DNA of 64,000 bases from Planctomycetota bacterium (GCA_965248575.1 CBDFJQ010000002.1:3360001-3424000), one strand, 5' to 3'. Shown: positions 47,112-57,458, numbered from the stretch's first letter. The notes: generated by a model from the sequence alone, not told the origin. Program-made: numbers and translations.

Positions 47112-49403
47112 TCAGCGCAGAACGAAGACGAGGATGATCACGCCCACGATCGACCAAGTTATGTAGTCACGCGCGTTGCCGGTCTGCAGAAGTCGCAAGA
47201 CCGCCGAAGCGCTGCGGATGAATCCGCGCCAGAAGTTCACCAGGCCGTCGATCACATAGGTGTCGAACAGCGATGAGACGAATGCCACGAAGCGGGTGAT
47301 CAAGGCCGTGAGGTTCACGACGGCATCGAGCACGTTCTTGTCGAACCAGGACAGGGCGTGGTTCAGCTTCTTCAGAGAACCCACGACCCCGACCGCGTAA
47401 ATCTCGTCGAAGTAGTACTTGTTGGAGATGATCTTGTGCATCGGGCCGAAGCGCTTGCTGACCTCGGCCGGATCGGTGGCGTGGGTCAGGTACATGCGTC
47501 GGGCCAGCAGGAAGCCGGCGGCGATCATGATCAGCGAGAGGATCAGTGACGGGTAGTGCGCCGCGTGTAGCGCGTCCTGCCAGGGGCTGTGGCCACCGGC
47601 ATGGGTGCCACCGTCACCGTCACCGTGCTCGCCCTCGTCTCCGTGCCCGCCAGCCACTGGAGCAGTCTCGGAGTGCTGATCGCCGTCTTCGGCGTGGGTG
47701 TCCTCGCCATGCTCACCGTCAGCGTCGGATTCACCGCCGTGCGCCAGCTGTTCGGCACCTTCGGCAGCATGACTCGACGCGAGGTCGCCCGTGTTCAGCC
47801 CCAGCCCGAGCGCTGCCGCCGAAACCGGCGGCTGCACCAGCCGGTTGAACCACAGATCGTCGTTGTTCGGCAGGGGGTTGAGAGTCCCTCCGCCAAGCAG
47901 CGCGAAGGTCGCCAGCACGATGAGCGGCAGCGCCATGGTGGGCGGTGACTCGTGCGCGTGGTCGTACTTCTCCTGATTCGCCGGCGCGCCGTGGAAGGTC
48001 AGGAACACCAGACGGAACATGTAGAAGGTGGTCATGAAGGCGCCCACGGCGCCGAAGACCAGCGGGATCCACTGCGCCACGCCACCGGTCAGCCCCCAGG
48101 CCATGGCGTTGGCGATGATCTGGTCCTTGCTGTAGTAGCCGGCGAACATCGGGACGCCAGCCAAGGCGAGGGTCGCGATCAGGAAGGTCGCATAGGTCAC
48201 CGGCATCTTCTTGCGCAGGCTGCCCATGTCGCGCATGTCCTGGCTGTGCACGGCGTGGATCACCGAGCCCGATCCCAGGAACAAGCAGGCCTTGAAGAAG
48301 GCGTGGGTGATGAGATGGAAGAGCCCGGCGATGTACCCACCGACGCCAAGGCCCAGCATCATGTAACCGAGCTGGCTCATGGTGGAGTAGGCCAGAACCT
48401 TCTTGATGTCCCAAGCCACCAGGCCCATCGTCGCACCCACCAGCGCCGTGCAGGCGCCCACCGAGGCGATCACGCCCAGTGCGCTGGGCGTGAAGTAGGG
48501 GTACATCCGACCCACCATGAACACGCCCGCCGCCACCATGGTGGCGGCGTGAATCAGCGCAGACACCGGTGTCGGACCCGCCATCGCGTCCGGCAACCAG
48601 GTGTGCAGCGGCAACTGCGCGCTCTTGGAGACAGCGCCGCAGAAGATCAGGATCCCGGACAGGGTCAGCAGCGCCTGATTGTCCCAGCCCGCCAGGATGT
48701 GGTCCGGGGAAAGGGCGGCGAACTCACCAGCCGCCAGTCGATCGAACAGCTCTGGGTAGCGCAGCGTGCCGAACAGCTGCCAGGCGATGATGAGCCCCAG
48801 CAGGAACAGCACATCGCCCACGCGGTTGACCATGAAGGCCTTGAGGCTGGCCTTCGGCGGCTCTTCCTGGTCGTAGTAGAAGCCGATCAGCAGGTAGCTG
48901 CCGACACCCACCAGCTCCCAGAAGATGAACAGGAAGAGCAGGTTGTCGACGACCACCAGCCCCATCATCGCGAAGCAGAAGTAGCTCAGGTACGCGAAGA
49001 AGCGGGGGTAGTCCCGGTCGCCGTGCATGTAGCCAGCGCTGAAGAAGAAGATGCAGCTGGCCACGATGGTGACCATGGCAATCATGATCACGGACAGGTT
49101 GTCGTAGAAGATGCCCACAGTCGTGCTGAAGCCACCGAGGCTGATCCACTCCCACTCCAAGCCCGCGGTGTGGCTCCACCAGGACCAACCCGGCTGGCTG
49201 TGCTCCACGATGACCTGCCAGAACAGCCACACGCCGGCGGCGGCACAGGAGAGGATCGCCGTCTGAGCCACCCAGTCTCCGCCGCGCGGAATCTTCCGCC
49301 CGAAGAAGATCAGGATCAGCGCTGCCAAGAAGGGCACGCAAAACAGCCCCAGGCCGATGCCGAGCAATGTGGAGTCTGCAGCGACGAGATCTGTGGTGAC
49401 CAT
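47112..49403 (-). CDS. nuoL: NADH-quinone oxidoreductase subunit L
   Basis: FWELVGVGSYLLIGF, KSAQLPLHTWLPDAMAGPTPVSALIHAATMV, HAFFKA. Confidence 0.96.
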   Translation of the reverse strand: MVTTDLVAADSTLLGIGLGLFCVPFLAALILIFFGRKIPRGGDWVAQTAILSCAAAGVWLFWQVIVEHSQPGWSWWSHTAGLEWEWISLGGFSTTVGIFYDNLSVIMIAMVTIVASCIFFFSAGYMHGDRDYPRFFAYLSYFCFAMMGLVVVDNLLFLFIFWELVGVGSYLLIGFYYDQEEPPKASLKAFMVNRVGDVLFLLGLIIAWQLFGTLRYPELFDRLAAGEFAALSPDHILAGWDNQALLTLSGILIFCGAVSKSAQLPLHTWLPDAMAGPTPVSALIHAATMVAAGVFMVGRMYPYFTPSALGVIASVGACTALVGATMGLVAWDIKKVLAYSTMSQLGYMMLGLGVGGYIAGLFHLITHAFFKACLFLGSGSVIHAVHSQDMRDMGSLRKKMPVTYATFLIATLALAGVPMFAGYYSKDQIIANAMAWGLTGGVAQWIPLVFGAVGAFMTTFYMFRLVFLTFHGAPANQEKYDHAHESPPTMALPLIVLATFALLGGGTLNPLPNNDDLWFNRLVQPPVSAAALGLGLNTGDLASSHAAEGAEQLAHGGESDADGEHGEDTHAEDGDQHSETAPVAGGHGDEGEHGDGDGGTHAGGHSPWQDALHAAHYPSLILSLIMIAAGFLLARRMYLTHATDPAEVSKRFGPMHKIISNKYYFDEIYAVGVVGSLKKLNHALSWFDKNVLDAVVNLTALITRFVAFVSSLFDTYVIDGLVNFWRGFIRSASAVLRLLQTGNARDYITWSIVGVIILVFVLR

Positions 49404-49407
49404 CGAT

Positions 49408-49821
49408 CTAGTCCCTCAAGCTGTCGGTGCGAGTGATGTCGATGCTGCCGAAGTCGTGGAAGACCCTCAGCACGATGGCCAGGGCCACGGCGGCTTCCGC
49501 GGCCGCCAGCATCACCACGACCAGCGCCATCATCTGCCCGTCGATGCCAAAGCCACCGAAGCGGGCGAAGGCCACGAAGTTGATGTTGGCCGCGTTGAGA
49601 ATCAGCTCCGTGCCCATGAGCACATACAGCGCGTTGCGGCGCGTGAGGATGGTGGCCACACCGAGTACGAAGAGGATGCCCGAGACCACGAGGTAGGAGG
49701 TCAGCGAACCCACCAGACCACCGGCTGCCCCCTCTTGAAGCGGAGCCATGACGGCTTCCTCGGCTTGCTGGGCCGCGGGCATGGCCACGGTGGCCAGCAG
49801 CGCGAAGACGTGACTCATCAT
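49408..49821 (-). CDS. nuoK: NADH-quinone oxidoreductase subunit K (N-terminally extended)
   Basis: RRN...LMGTELILNAANINFV, AAAEAAVALAI. Confidence 0.93.
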   Translation of the reverse strand: MMSHVFALLATVAMPAAQQAEEAVMAPLQEGAAGGLVGSLTSYLVVSGILFVLGVATILTRRNALYVLMGTELILNAANINFVAFARFGGFGIDGQMMALVVVMLAAAEAAVALAIVLRVFHDFGSIDITRTDSLRD

Positions 49822-50363
49822 GACGTCGCCTCCGATTCGCTGCCCGCGCCGTCCGCAGCGGAATCCTGCCCGTCACCACGTCGGGCCACGGTCACGGCGC
49901 CGATCAGCACCAGCAAGAGCAGGATCGCCATGAGCTCGAAGGGCACCAGGTAGTGGTCGGGCGACAGGAACAACTCGCCGATCTTCTCGGACGTGGGCAC
50001 CGGTTCCCCGGGCACGACGTTGAAGGCAGCCACTGCGATCTGCACGCCACGATAGGCCTCGAACAGGAAGAGGCCGACGAGCCCGATGATCGGAGCCATG
50101 AGCACATAGCGGCTGATGGCCAGGCGCGTTGAATCCCGCGTCGAGAGCATCACCGCGAACAGCAGGAGCACGGTGACACCACCTACATACAGCAGGATCT
50201 GGAGACCACCGAGGAAGTCGGCCCCCAACGTCCAATAGAGGCCGGCCACGCCAAAAAGCGAAGCCACCAGCCCGAAGGCCGAGTGAACAATGCTCTGGTG
50301 GAAGGCCATGACAAGCCCTCCGAGCACCGCCAGCCCGGCGAAGACGACGAACATGAAGTCCAC
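49818..50363 (-). CDS. nuoJ: NADH-quinone oxidoreductase subunit J
   Basis: QILLYVGGVTVLLLFAVML, PFELMAILLL..LIGA. Confidence 0.92.
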   Translation of the reverse strand: MDFMFVVFAGLAVLGGLVMAFHQSIVHSAFGLVASLFGVAGLYWTLGADFLGGLQILLYVGGVTVLLLFAVMLSTRDSTRLAISRYVLMAPIIGLVGLFLFEAYRGVQIAVAAFNVVPGEPVPTSEKIGELFLSPDHYLVPFELMAILLLLVLIGAVTVARRGDGQDSAADGAGSESEATS

Positions 50364-50365
50364 CG

Positions 50366-50935
50366 CTAGCCCCCCTTCTCGGCCTTGCTCTTGGCCACCA
50401 TGGCGGCGATTCGCGACTTCAGGTCGCTACCCCCACCACCCGCTGCAGGTGCGCTCGCCGCCGGCGCCTTCTTGGCCGCCGTCTTGCCTTCGAGCTTCGC
50501 CTGGTCATCTGGTCGCAAGCCTGTCCATGTGAGCATGTCACCGACCATCCCGTTGGGATCGTCGGTGGCCAGCTCGTACTCCGAAGTCATGTGGATGCAA
50601 TCCACAGGACACGGCGGGATGCAGAACTCGCAAAAGATGCACTTCTTGTAGTCGATCGAGAACTTCGTCCACTCCAGCGTGCGGCCATGGTGCTCTGCCT
50701 CGATCTCGATGCAGTCCACGGGGCAGGCCTTGGCGCACAGTTGGCAGTCGATGCACTTCTCTTGTTCGAGAATGTGCATCCCACGGTACGTCGGCGGAAT
50801 CGGCTTGGTTTCTCTCGGGTACTGCACCGTGATGGCCGGCTCACTCGTGAAGTGATGCAGCGTCACGGCCATGCCCTTGGCCGCACTGCCCAGGCCATTG
50901 GCGATGTTCGAGAAGTAGTCGCGGACGGAACCCAC
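50366..50935 (-). CDS. nuoI: NADH-quinone oxidoreductase subunit I
   Basis: TVQYP, CIDCQLCAKACP, CIFCEFCIPPCP. Confidence 0.93.
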   Translation of the reverse strand: MGSVRDYFSNIANGLGSAAKGMAVTLHHFTSEPAITVQYPRETKPIPPTYRGMHILEQEKCIDCQLCAKACPVDCIEIEAEHHGRTLEWTKFSIDYKKCIFCEFCIPPCPVDCIHMTSEYELATDDPNGMVGDMLTWTGLRPDDQAKLEGKTAAKKAPAASAPAAGGGGSDLKSRIAAMVAKSKAEKGG

Positions 50936-50939
50936 CGTT

Positions 50940-52001
50940 CTAACCCTCCATCCAGACGTGCCAGATGGCGGTGCCCGCGACAGCGAACAGCCCCCACGGC
51001 AGCAGGTACTTGTATCCGAGCGCCATCACCTGGTCGACGCGCATGCGAGGCAACGTCCAGCGCAGCCACATCTGCACGAAGATCACCGCGAACACCTTCA
51101 CCACCAGGACGGCAACGCCGATCATGTGGAAGGGAGCGGGCAGATTGCCGACGTCCAGGAAGTTGAAGGGCAGCGTGTAGCCGCCAAGGAAGAGCGTCGA
51201 GGTGACCGCAGACACCAGGAACATCGACACGTACTCTTCCAGCCCGAAGAACGAGAAGCGCATGCCGGAGTATTCGGTGTGGAAACCGGACACCAGCTCC
51301 GACTCTGCCTCGGGCAGGTCGAAGGGGGCGCGCTTGCAGCCAGCCAGCGAGGCGATGAAGTAGACCAACAGCGCGATCCACATGAAGGGATTGCTGAAGA
51401 TCACCCAGCCGTGCTCGGCCTGGTAGGTGTTGAAGTCGGCCAGCCGGAAGGAGCCCACGACGATGATCGGGGCCAACAGCGCCGTGGCCGAGGGCAGCTC
51501 GTAGGACACCACCTGAGCCGCTTCGCGCACCGCGCCGAACAGGCTGTACTTACTGTTCGATGCCCAGCCCGCCATGATCACGCCGACCACTTCGACTGAG
51601 CTGATGGCGATGATGAAGAACACGCCCAGGTTGATGTCGACGATCTGGACGCCGGCTGCGAAGGGGATCGCGATGAAGCCGGCGAAGACGCCGCAGAACA
51701 CCACGGCCGGAGCGATCCAGAAGAGCACCTTGTTGGCGCTCGTCGGGATGATGTCCTCCTTGAACATCAGCTTCAGCGCATCAGCGGGAGACTGCGCCCA
51801 ACCGTGCCAACCGCCCACTTCCATGGGGCCGTAGCGCTGCTGGATGTGCGCCGCCACCTTGCGCTCCATCCAGATGGCGAACATCGCGTAGACCGTGATG
51901 AAGCCGAGCAGGCTGCCGATGCACGTGGCGTAGGCCACGCTCAGGGCCAGGGTCGGACCCAGTCCCAGGGTCTCCGTGAAGAAGGCGATCAGTGTTTCCA
52001 C
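50940..52001 (-). CDS. nuoH: NADH-quinone oxidoreductase subunit H
   Basis: ERKV.A.IQ.R.GP, ADALKL..KED, RAPFDLPEAESELVSGFHTEYSG, PRMRVDQ. Confidence 0.96.
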   Translation of the reverse strand: METLIAFFTETLGLGPTLALSVAYATCIGSLLGFITVYAMFAIWMERKVAAHIQQRYGPMEVGGWHGWAQSPADALKLMFKEDIIPTSANKVLFWIAPAVVFCGVFAGFIAIPFAAGVQIVDINLGVFFIIAISSVEVVGVIMAGWASNSKYSLFGAVREAAQVVSYELPSATALLAPIIVVGSFRLADFNTYQAEHGWVIFSNPFMWIALLVYFIASLAGCKRAPFDLPEAESELVSGFHTEYSGMRFSFFGLEEYVSMFLVSAVTSTLFLGGYTLPFNFLDVGNLPAPFHMIGVAVLVVKVFAVIFVQMWLRWTLPRMRVDQVMALGYKYLLPWGLFAVAGTAIWHVWMEG

Positions 52002-53170
52002 TAGCGGTCGACCTCGCCAAGCACGATGTCGAGCGAGCCGATGATGGCGACGGCGTCACCGAGCATCGTTCCCGGAAGCAGGGTGTCGAGTAACGACAGG
52101 TTGCAGAAGCTCGGCGCCCGGGCATGGACCCGGATGGGTGATGTCCCACCCTCGGCGACGACGTAGAACCCCAACTCGCCGCGCGGATTCTCGCAGCGCA
52201 CGTAGGCCTCGGAAGGCTCCGGCTTGAGCGGCGTTTTGTACATCTTCTTCATGCCCTTATCCATGACGTCACCGCCCGGAAGGGCCGCGCAGCCCTGGCG
52301 GATGATGCGAATGGATTCCATCATCTCGCGCATGCGGACCCAGTAACGGTCCCAGCAATCGCCGAGCGTTCCGTGCGTGCCTTCGCCCACTGGGATGTCG
52401 AAGTCGACTTCGTCGTAGGGCTTCAGGTACGGGACGTCGCGACGCAGGTCCCACTTGATGCCGGACCCACGCATGACGGGGCCGGATGCGCCGTAATCGA
52501 AGATGGTCTCGCGCGTGATGATGCCGATGTTCGCGGTGCGCTTGATGAAGATGAAGTTGTTCGAGAGCAGCGTGTTGTACTCGGCCCAGCGCTTCTCGAA
52601 CACGTCGCAGAAGGCGAGCACGTCATCCACCCAGTTGTCGTCGACGTCGCGGCGCACGCCACCCGGCTGGATGTAGTTGTAGAGCATACGCGCACCGGAC
52701 GGCCGCTCCAGCAGCTCCATGATCGACTCGCGCTCACGGAACGCGTAGAAGAACGGCGTGTTGGCGCCGATGTCGATGCCATAGGTGCCGAAGGCGATGA
52801 GGTGGCTCGCGATCCGGTTCAGCTCGGCGCAGATCATGCGCAGCCACTGGGCGCGCTCGGGAACCTCCTGCCCCAACAACTTCTCGACCGTCAGGCTCCA
52901 GGCCAGGTTGTTGTTCATGGACGCCAGATAGTCCATGCGATCGGTGTACGGCGTGAACTGCAGGTAGGTGACGTTCTCGCCGATCTTCTCGGCGCAGCGA
53001 TGCAGGTAGCCGATGTCGCAGCGCGAGGCGGTGATGATCTCGCCGTCCATGCCCAGTTCGACGCGCAACACGCCGTGCGTAGACGGGTGCTGGGGGCCGA
53101 GGTTCAGCTTGAGCTCTTCGGTGTAGACGTCCGAACGGTCGTCCACCGTGTACATCTCGAGGGCTTCCAT
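52001..53170 (-). CDS. nuoD: NADH-quinone oxidoreductase subunit D
   Basis: GPQHPSTHGVLR, GYLHR, ELNRIASH, DIVLGEVDR. Confidence 0.96.
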   Translation of the reverse strand: MEALEMYTVDDRSDVYTEELKLNLGPQHPSTHGVLRVELGMDGEIITASRCDIGYLHRCAEKIGENVTYLQFTPYTDRMDYLASMNNNLAWSLTVEKLLGQEVPERAQWLRMICAELNRIASHLIAFGTYGIDIGANTPFFYAFRERESIMELLERPSGARMLYNYIQPGGVRRDVDDNWVDDVLAFCDVFEKRWAEYNTLLSNNFIFIKRTANIGIITRETIFDYGASGPVMRGSGIKWDLRRDVPYLKPYDEVDFDIPVGEGTHGTLGDCWDRYWVRMREMMESIRIIRQGCAALPGGDVMDKGMKKMYKTPLKPEPSEAYVRCENPRGELGFYVVAEGGTSPIRVHARAPSFCNLSLLDTLLPGTMLGDAVAIIGSLDIVLGEVDR

Positions 53171-53823
53171 CAGCTCTTGCCCTTCTTCTTGTCGGAGACG
53201 GGGGCTTTGCCGCCGGCGTCGGGGCGATCGCTTGGCGGGCTTGGCGGCTGCATCAACGGCGTTCCTGCTTCGCGCAGCTCGGAGGCGGGCTGGGACTCGC
53301 CCTCCTTCAGTTCGTAGATCGGAATAGCGTCCAACTCAAGCGGGATGCCGCCGTGTTCGCTCGGGTAGACGTAGTCCTTGCGCAGCGGGTGGCCGATCCA
53401 CTCTTCCGGCAGCAGGATGCGGCGGTGGTCGGGGTGGCCCTCGAAGCGCACACCCAGCAGATCCCACTGCTCCCGTTCGTGCCAGTCGGCCGAGCGGTAG
53501 AGCGATGCCACGCTGGGAACTTCGGGGTGCCAATCGGCGCCAGCGCCCTCAGGGCAAGGCACCACGACCTTGAGGGTCAGCGAGTGATGCCGCAGGTAGG
53601 AGCAGAGGTGGTAGACCACTTCGAAGGACGATTCCCGCTGCACTGCTGTGACGTTGTGCAGCACCTCCATCGCCGTCTCGGAGTCGTCGCGCAGGAGCTG
53701 CATGACCTCAAGCAAGCTGCCACCCTCGACCACGATGAAGGGGTCGCAGGCTGCCGTGTCCAGGTCTCCGATGCCCGCAATGCCTGCGGCCCGGAGCTTG
53801 TCGTGAAGCTGTTGTTCGTTCAT
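53170..53823 (-). CDS. nuoC: NADH-quinone oxidoreductase subunit C
   Basis: [32 protein letters not shown]. Start is ATG 53823 or GTG 53847. Confidence 0.93.
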   Translation of the reverse strand: MNEQQLHDKLRAAGIAGIGDLDTAACDPFIVVEGGSLLEVMQLLRDDSETAMEVLHNVTAVQRESSFEVVYHLCSYLRHHSLTLKVVVPCPEGAGADWHPEVPSVASLYRSADWHEREQWDLLGVRFEGHPDHRRILLPEEWIGHPLRKDYVYPSEHGGIPLELDAIPIYELKEGESQPASELREAGTPLMQPPSPPSDRPDAGGKAPVSDKKKGKS

Positions 53824-53866
53824 CCCAGGGCGTCCGTGTCCGCTCACTCAGTGGATAGGGGGGTCG

Positions 53867-54397
53867 TCAGGACGCCGCGTACTTTGCGTTCATCTGGGTA
53901 GCCGTGTCCTCTTGCCGCGCGAAGACAGCCTCGCGGCCGATCTTCTCCCGCAGCTTGAGGATTCCGTCCATCAAGGCCTCAGGGCGCGGCGGACATCCCG
54001 GCACGAAGATGTCCACCGGGATGATCTTGTGGACGCCCTTGACCGTGTTGTAACCCCACTTCACGTAGGGGCCTCCGCCGCAGACGCACGCGCCCATGGC
54101 GATCACGTAGCGGGGCTCGGCCATCTGGTCGTAGAGGCGTTTCACGCGCACCGCCATCTTGGCGTTGACGGTGCCCGGCACGATGATCAGGTCGCTCTGG
54201 CGCGGCGTCGCCCGGGGGATGCCTGCACCGAAGCGGTCGAGGTCGAAGGTCGCGGCGAAGACGGCCATCATCTCGATGGCGCAGCACGCTATGCCGAAGG
54301 TCATCGGCCAGACCGACGACTTGCGGCCCCAGCCGACAGCCTTGTCGACGGCACCGACGACGGCGTTGTTCGGAAGCGTGTTGTTCAGAAGGCCCAT
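53867..54397 (-). CDS. nuoB: NADH-quinone oxidoreductase subunit B
   Basis: [29 protein letters not shown]. Confidence 0.96.
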   Translation of the reverse strand: MGLLNNTLPNNAVVGAVDKAVGWGRKSSVWPMTFGIACCAIEMMAVFAATFDLDRFGAGIPRATPRQSDLIIVPGTVNAKMAVRVKRLYDQMAEPRYVIAMGACVCGGGPYVKWGYNTVKGVHKIIPVDIFVPGCPPRPEALMDGILKLREKIGREAVFARQEDTATQMNAKYAAS

Positions 54398-54422
54398 GGT
54401 GTCTCTCTGCCGGTCCGGGAGG

Positions 54423-54818
54423 TCAGTCCTGGACCCGGCGCTTGTTCTGGAATGTCTTCACCCAGTCGAGGTCGCCCTTGACCCAGTCGACGACCAGGCC
54501 CAGGAAGACGATGAACATGAAGATCAGCCCGGCCACCAGGGCCAGAGCCTTGTTCGGGGAGTCCCGCAAAACGTTCGCCCATGGGAACATAAGGGCAATC
54601 TCAACCTCAAAAATGATGAAGATGAGGGCTGTTGTGTAGAACCGCATGTCGAAGCGAATCTGCGCCGGCCCGATGGGATCCTCGGCGCACTCGTACGCCA
54701 TGTTCTTCTCGGGGTACGGATTCTTCGGCCGGTAGAGGGCCCCCAAGATGAGTGGCGTACAAACCATCCCCGCACCCGTAATCAGGAAGACCAAAACGGC
54801 GTGGTAGTCGAGGAACAC
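54423..54818 (-). CDS. nuoA: NADH-quinone oxidoreductase subunit A
   Basis: [18 protein letters not shown]...FPW, KG.L.W. GGAGA RBS. Confidence 0.94.
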   Translation of the reverse strand: MFLDYHAVLVFLITGAGMVCTPLILGALYRPKNPYPEKNMAYECAEDPIGPAQIRFDMRFYTTALIFIIFEVEIALMFPWANVLRDSPNKALALVAGLIFMFIVFLGLVVDWVKGDLDWVKTFQNKRRVQD

Positions 54819-54853
54819 AGCTTTCTCCGGCTGCAGGCGAGAGTCAGGCCCAG

Positions 54854-54881
54854 ACTATAGGTTTTTGCCTCCCACGAGCAA
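54854..54881 (-). promoter_or_regulatory. Putative sigma70 promoter of the nuo operon
   Basis: Minus strand TTGCTC, 16-nt spacer, TATAGT. Confidence 0.55.
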
Positions 54882-54929
54882 GGTGGGCCGCCCCCTCTGG
54901 CGCCCGGAAAAACTGGGCCCCAAACGCAC

Positions 54930-54990
54930 GGAAGGCCGGCACAAGGAAGCCACCCTGTACCGACCTTCCAGTGGCGGGCTCGAAGCCCGC
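54930..54990 (-). terminator. Double hairpin after matrixin copy 1
   Basis: 7-bp hairpin at 54974-54990. A 17-bp stem at 54930-54969 pairs fully only on the minus-strand RNA, through three G-U pairs. Confidence 0.6.
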
Positions 54991-55015
54991 TTTCTAGCGA
55001 TCCGTCAGCCCTGGA

Positions 55016-56884
55016 TCACGGCACGTTGAGCCGCAAACCGTTGCTGCCGGAGACACCCTGCACGCCCGCAGCGTCCTCGAAGAAGAACTGCATGGCGATG
55101 AAGGCGCCGCCCGGGAAGCTCGCCGGCATCGTGGTGGTGCCCGCGAACGAACCCGACCCGTTGAACGGGAAGATCAGGCTCTGCGTGAACGGGATCGGGT
55201 AGAAGGTCCCGCCGAAGAAAGGCGTCGGCGTGATCGTCGTCCCGAAGAACACGAAGCCCAGGTCGAAGGGCTCGGCGCTCGTACACGAGATCGTGAACCC
55301 AGCAGTGCTGCCCGGCGTCAGGTCACCCGAACCGGTGAGCACCGGCTCGCCGAAGGTGCCTGGGATGCCGGAAGGACCGAGGCTCACGAAGGTGCCGCTC
55401 GGGATGTGGGTGTAGCCACCCACGATGGTGTCCGAACCCGTCGAGTTCGTCGCCACCACGTCCACAGCGCCCAGACCTGCCGGGGTGTCCACCGTCAGCG
55501 AAGTGTTGTCCACCAGCGTCAGGTTGCTGCCCGACACGCCGCCGAAGGTCACGTCCGTCACACCCAGCACGTTGCTGCCGCTCACCGTCACCGTCACACC
55601 GCCGGCCGCCGCACCACTGTTGGGCGAGACGCTCGAGATGTTCGGCACCGCGTTGGCCGTGTAGGTGTAGCCGTTCGTCTCCGTGTCCGAGCCCTCGTTG
55701 TCCGTCACCACCACGTCCACCGAGTTGCCGTTGGTGCCGGCCGGGGTCGTCGCGCTGATGGAAGAGCCGGAGTTCACCACGAAGCTCATGGCGTCCACGC
55801 CACCGAAGGTCACGTCCGTGGTGCCCGTGAACCCGGAACCGCTGATCGTGACATTGGTGAAGCCACCCTCAGGCCCGCTGGAGGGCGAGACGTTGGTGAT
55901 GGCCGGGGGGTCCGTGACGGGGGAACCGATGTCGATGGGCCACTCGTTGGACAGGGCTGCGCCGCCGGCGAAAAAGCCCTTCACCAGGACACTGCCATCG
56001 TCGGCACCCGCCGGAACGATGACATCCAAGGTCGTGCCACCACCCGACGAGAACACGCCGGCCACGGTCAACGCGCCGCCGCCGGTCGTGTCGGTGAACC
56101 AGACCACGTTGTCCGTCGCGGAAAAGTTGGAGCCCGTGATGGTGAGGACGCCGCCTGGGCCCGTGGAGCCGCTGATACCGTCGATCTGCACCTTGCCAGC
56201 GCTCTTGTTTCCATAGATCGTCCGCAAGCCGGCCGTGTCATCCGAGTTGATGGAACGGGCAGCCACACCCGAACCAGAGATCGAGGGGAACATGGTCGCT
56301 CCGCTGACACCGCTGTGGCCCAAGCCGAGGGCATGGCCGATCTCGTGACAGGCAACACCCTGCAGGTCGGTGCCGCTCACGCTGCCTGGGCCGTCGTGCC
56401 AGGACCAGGCGGACAGGTACAGGATGCGCCACCCATTGCTGATGGGCGTCTCGGTGAACGCCAGCGTGCTGCCGGGGCTCGGGTCGAACAGCTCGGAGTG
56501 GATGTTGTCGTTCGTTCCACCCGCGCCGGTCGTCTCACCCTGATAGTCGTTGTCGTAGTCCGCGGCCCCAGTGCCCAAACGACTCTGGGTGGGGTCCTGG
56601 TCACCGACCAGCATGTACCACTCGCTGCCCCACTCGAGGTGGCCCTTCCAGATGGCCTGCGTCGCACCTGTCGCGCTCGGGAAGTCGGAGTTGTTGGCCG
56701 TGTTGTTGTTGGCCGAGGCGTCCGTGAAGTTGTTGAACACGCGGAAGTCACGCTGACCGAGTGACAAGCTGCCACCGATCAAGCTGAAGCCTGCCGTGTC
56801 GACGGGCGTGGACATGGAAGCCACCAGCCCGAAAGCTGCGCCGAGCCCGGAAAGGGCCAGCAAGGTCTTGTTGAGGATCTTCAT
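55016..56884 (-). CDS. Secreted matrixin (M10/metzincin) metalloprotease with IPT/TIG repeats, copy 1
   Basis: Signal peptide, HEIGHALGLGHS, Met-turn ATMFP, three IPT/TIG-like repeats (SP.SG...GG..VT..G..F...V.FG), C-terminal beta domain. Confidence 0.9.
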   Translation of the reverse strand: MKILNKTLLALSGLGAAFGLVASMSTPVDTAGFSLIGGSLSLGQRDFRVFNNFTDASANNNTANNSDFPSATGATQAIWKGHLEWGSEWYMLVGDQDPTQSRLGTGAADYDNDYQGETTGAGGTNDNIHSELFDPSPGSTLAFTETPISNGWRILYLSAWSWHDGPGSVSGTDLQGVACHEIGHALGLGHSGVSGATMFPSISGSGVAARSINSDDTAGLRTIYGNKSAGKVQIDGISGSTGPGGVLTITGSNFSATDNVVWFTDTTGGGALTVAGVFSSGGGTTLDVIVPAGADDGSVLVKGFFAGGAALSNEWPIDIGSPVTDPPAITNVSPSSGPEGGFTNVTISGSGFTGTTDVTFGGVDAMSFVVNSGSSISATTPAGTNGNSVDVVVTDNEGSDTETNGYTYTANAVPNISSVSPNSGAAAGGVTVTVSGSNVLGVTDVTFGGVSGSNLTLVDNTSLTVDTPAGLGAVDVVATNSTGSDTIVGGYTHIPSGTFVSLGPSGIPGTFGEPVLTGSGDLTPGSTAGFTISCTSAEPFDLGFVFFGTTITPTPFFGGTFYPIPFTQSLIFPFNGSGSFAGTTTMPASFPGGAFIAMQFFFEDAAGVQGVSGSNGLRLNVP

Positions 56885-56903
56885 GATCTGTCCTTTCCTT
56901 TCT

Positions 56904-57458
56904 TTACTTGTTGAGGCTTGGGGACTTCTTCGCCGCAGCCAACTTGGCGTGCGTCGCGCGGATGTTCGTGCTCACGTCGGAGAGCTTGGTGTTCTCGGCG
57001 AAAGCCAGGCCTTCACCCTTGCCCACCACGACGGCCTCGCCGAAGCCGGACTCGACCCGGTACAGACCGGAGAAGTCGTAGACCAGGTTCTTGCCCGGGA
57101 GCAGCGGATGCTCAGCGAAGAACACCACCGTCTCGCCGTTCAGGCGGCTGTCCTGCAGCGTCGGCATGCTGCTGATGCCGTACCAGTCGTCCTTGCTGTG
57201 GCTACCGTGGAAGACCACCTTGAAGGTGCCCTTCTCGCCGGTGCGCAGGCTCTCACCCTCGATGGTCAGCTGCGTGTACAACGCACCGTCCCAGGGGTGG
57301 CTCAAACGCACGGTGTCCTTGGCGACGATCTTGCCGTGGACTGCGTCCTTCGTGACTTCCATGAGTTCCTGCAAAGTCATCGCCTTGATGGCGGCGACGG
57401 CAGGGATGGCGAGCAGTGCGGCACAGGTCAGCGCCGTCAGTGTTCTCTTCAGATGCAT
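56904..57458 (-). CDS. Secreted partner protein of matrixin, copy 1
   Basis: GGAG RBS before ATG 57458, signal peptide, stop 19 nt upstream of the protease start. Confidence 0.85.
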   Translation of the reverse strand: MHLKRTLTALTCAALLAIPAVAAIKAMTLQELMEVTKDAVHGKIVAKDTVRLSHPWDGALYTQLTIEGESLRTGEKGTFKVVFHGSHSKDDWYGISSMPTLQDSRLNGETVVFFAEHPLLPGKNLVYDFSGLYRVESGFGEAVVVGKGEGLAFAENTKLSDVSTNIRATHAKLAAAKKSPSLNK

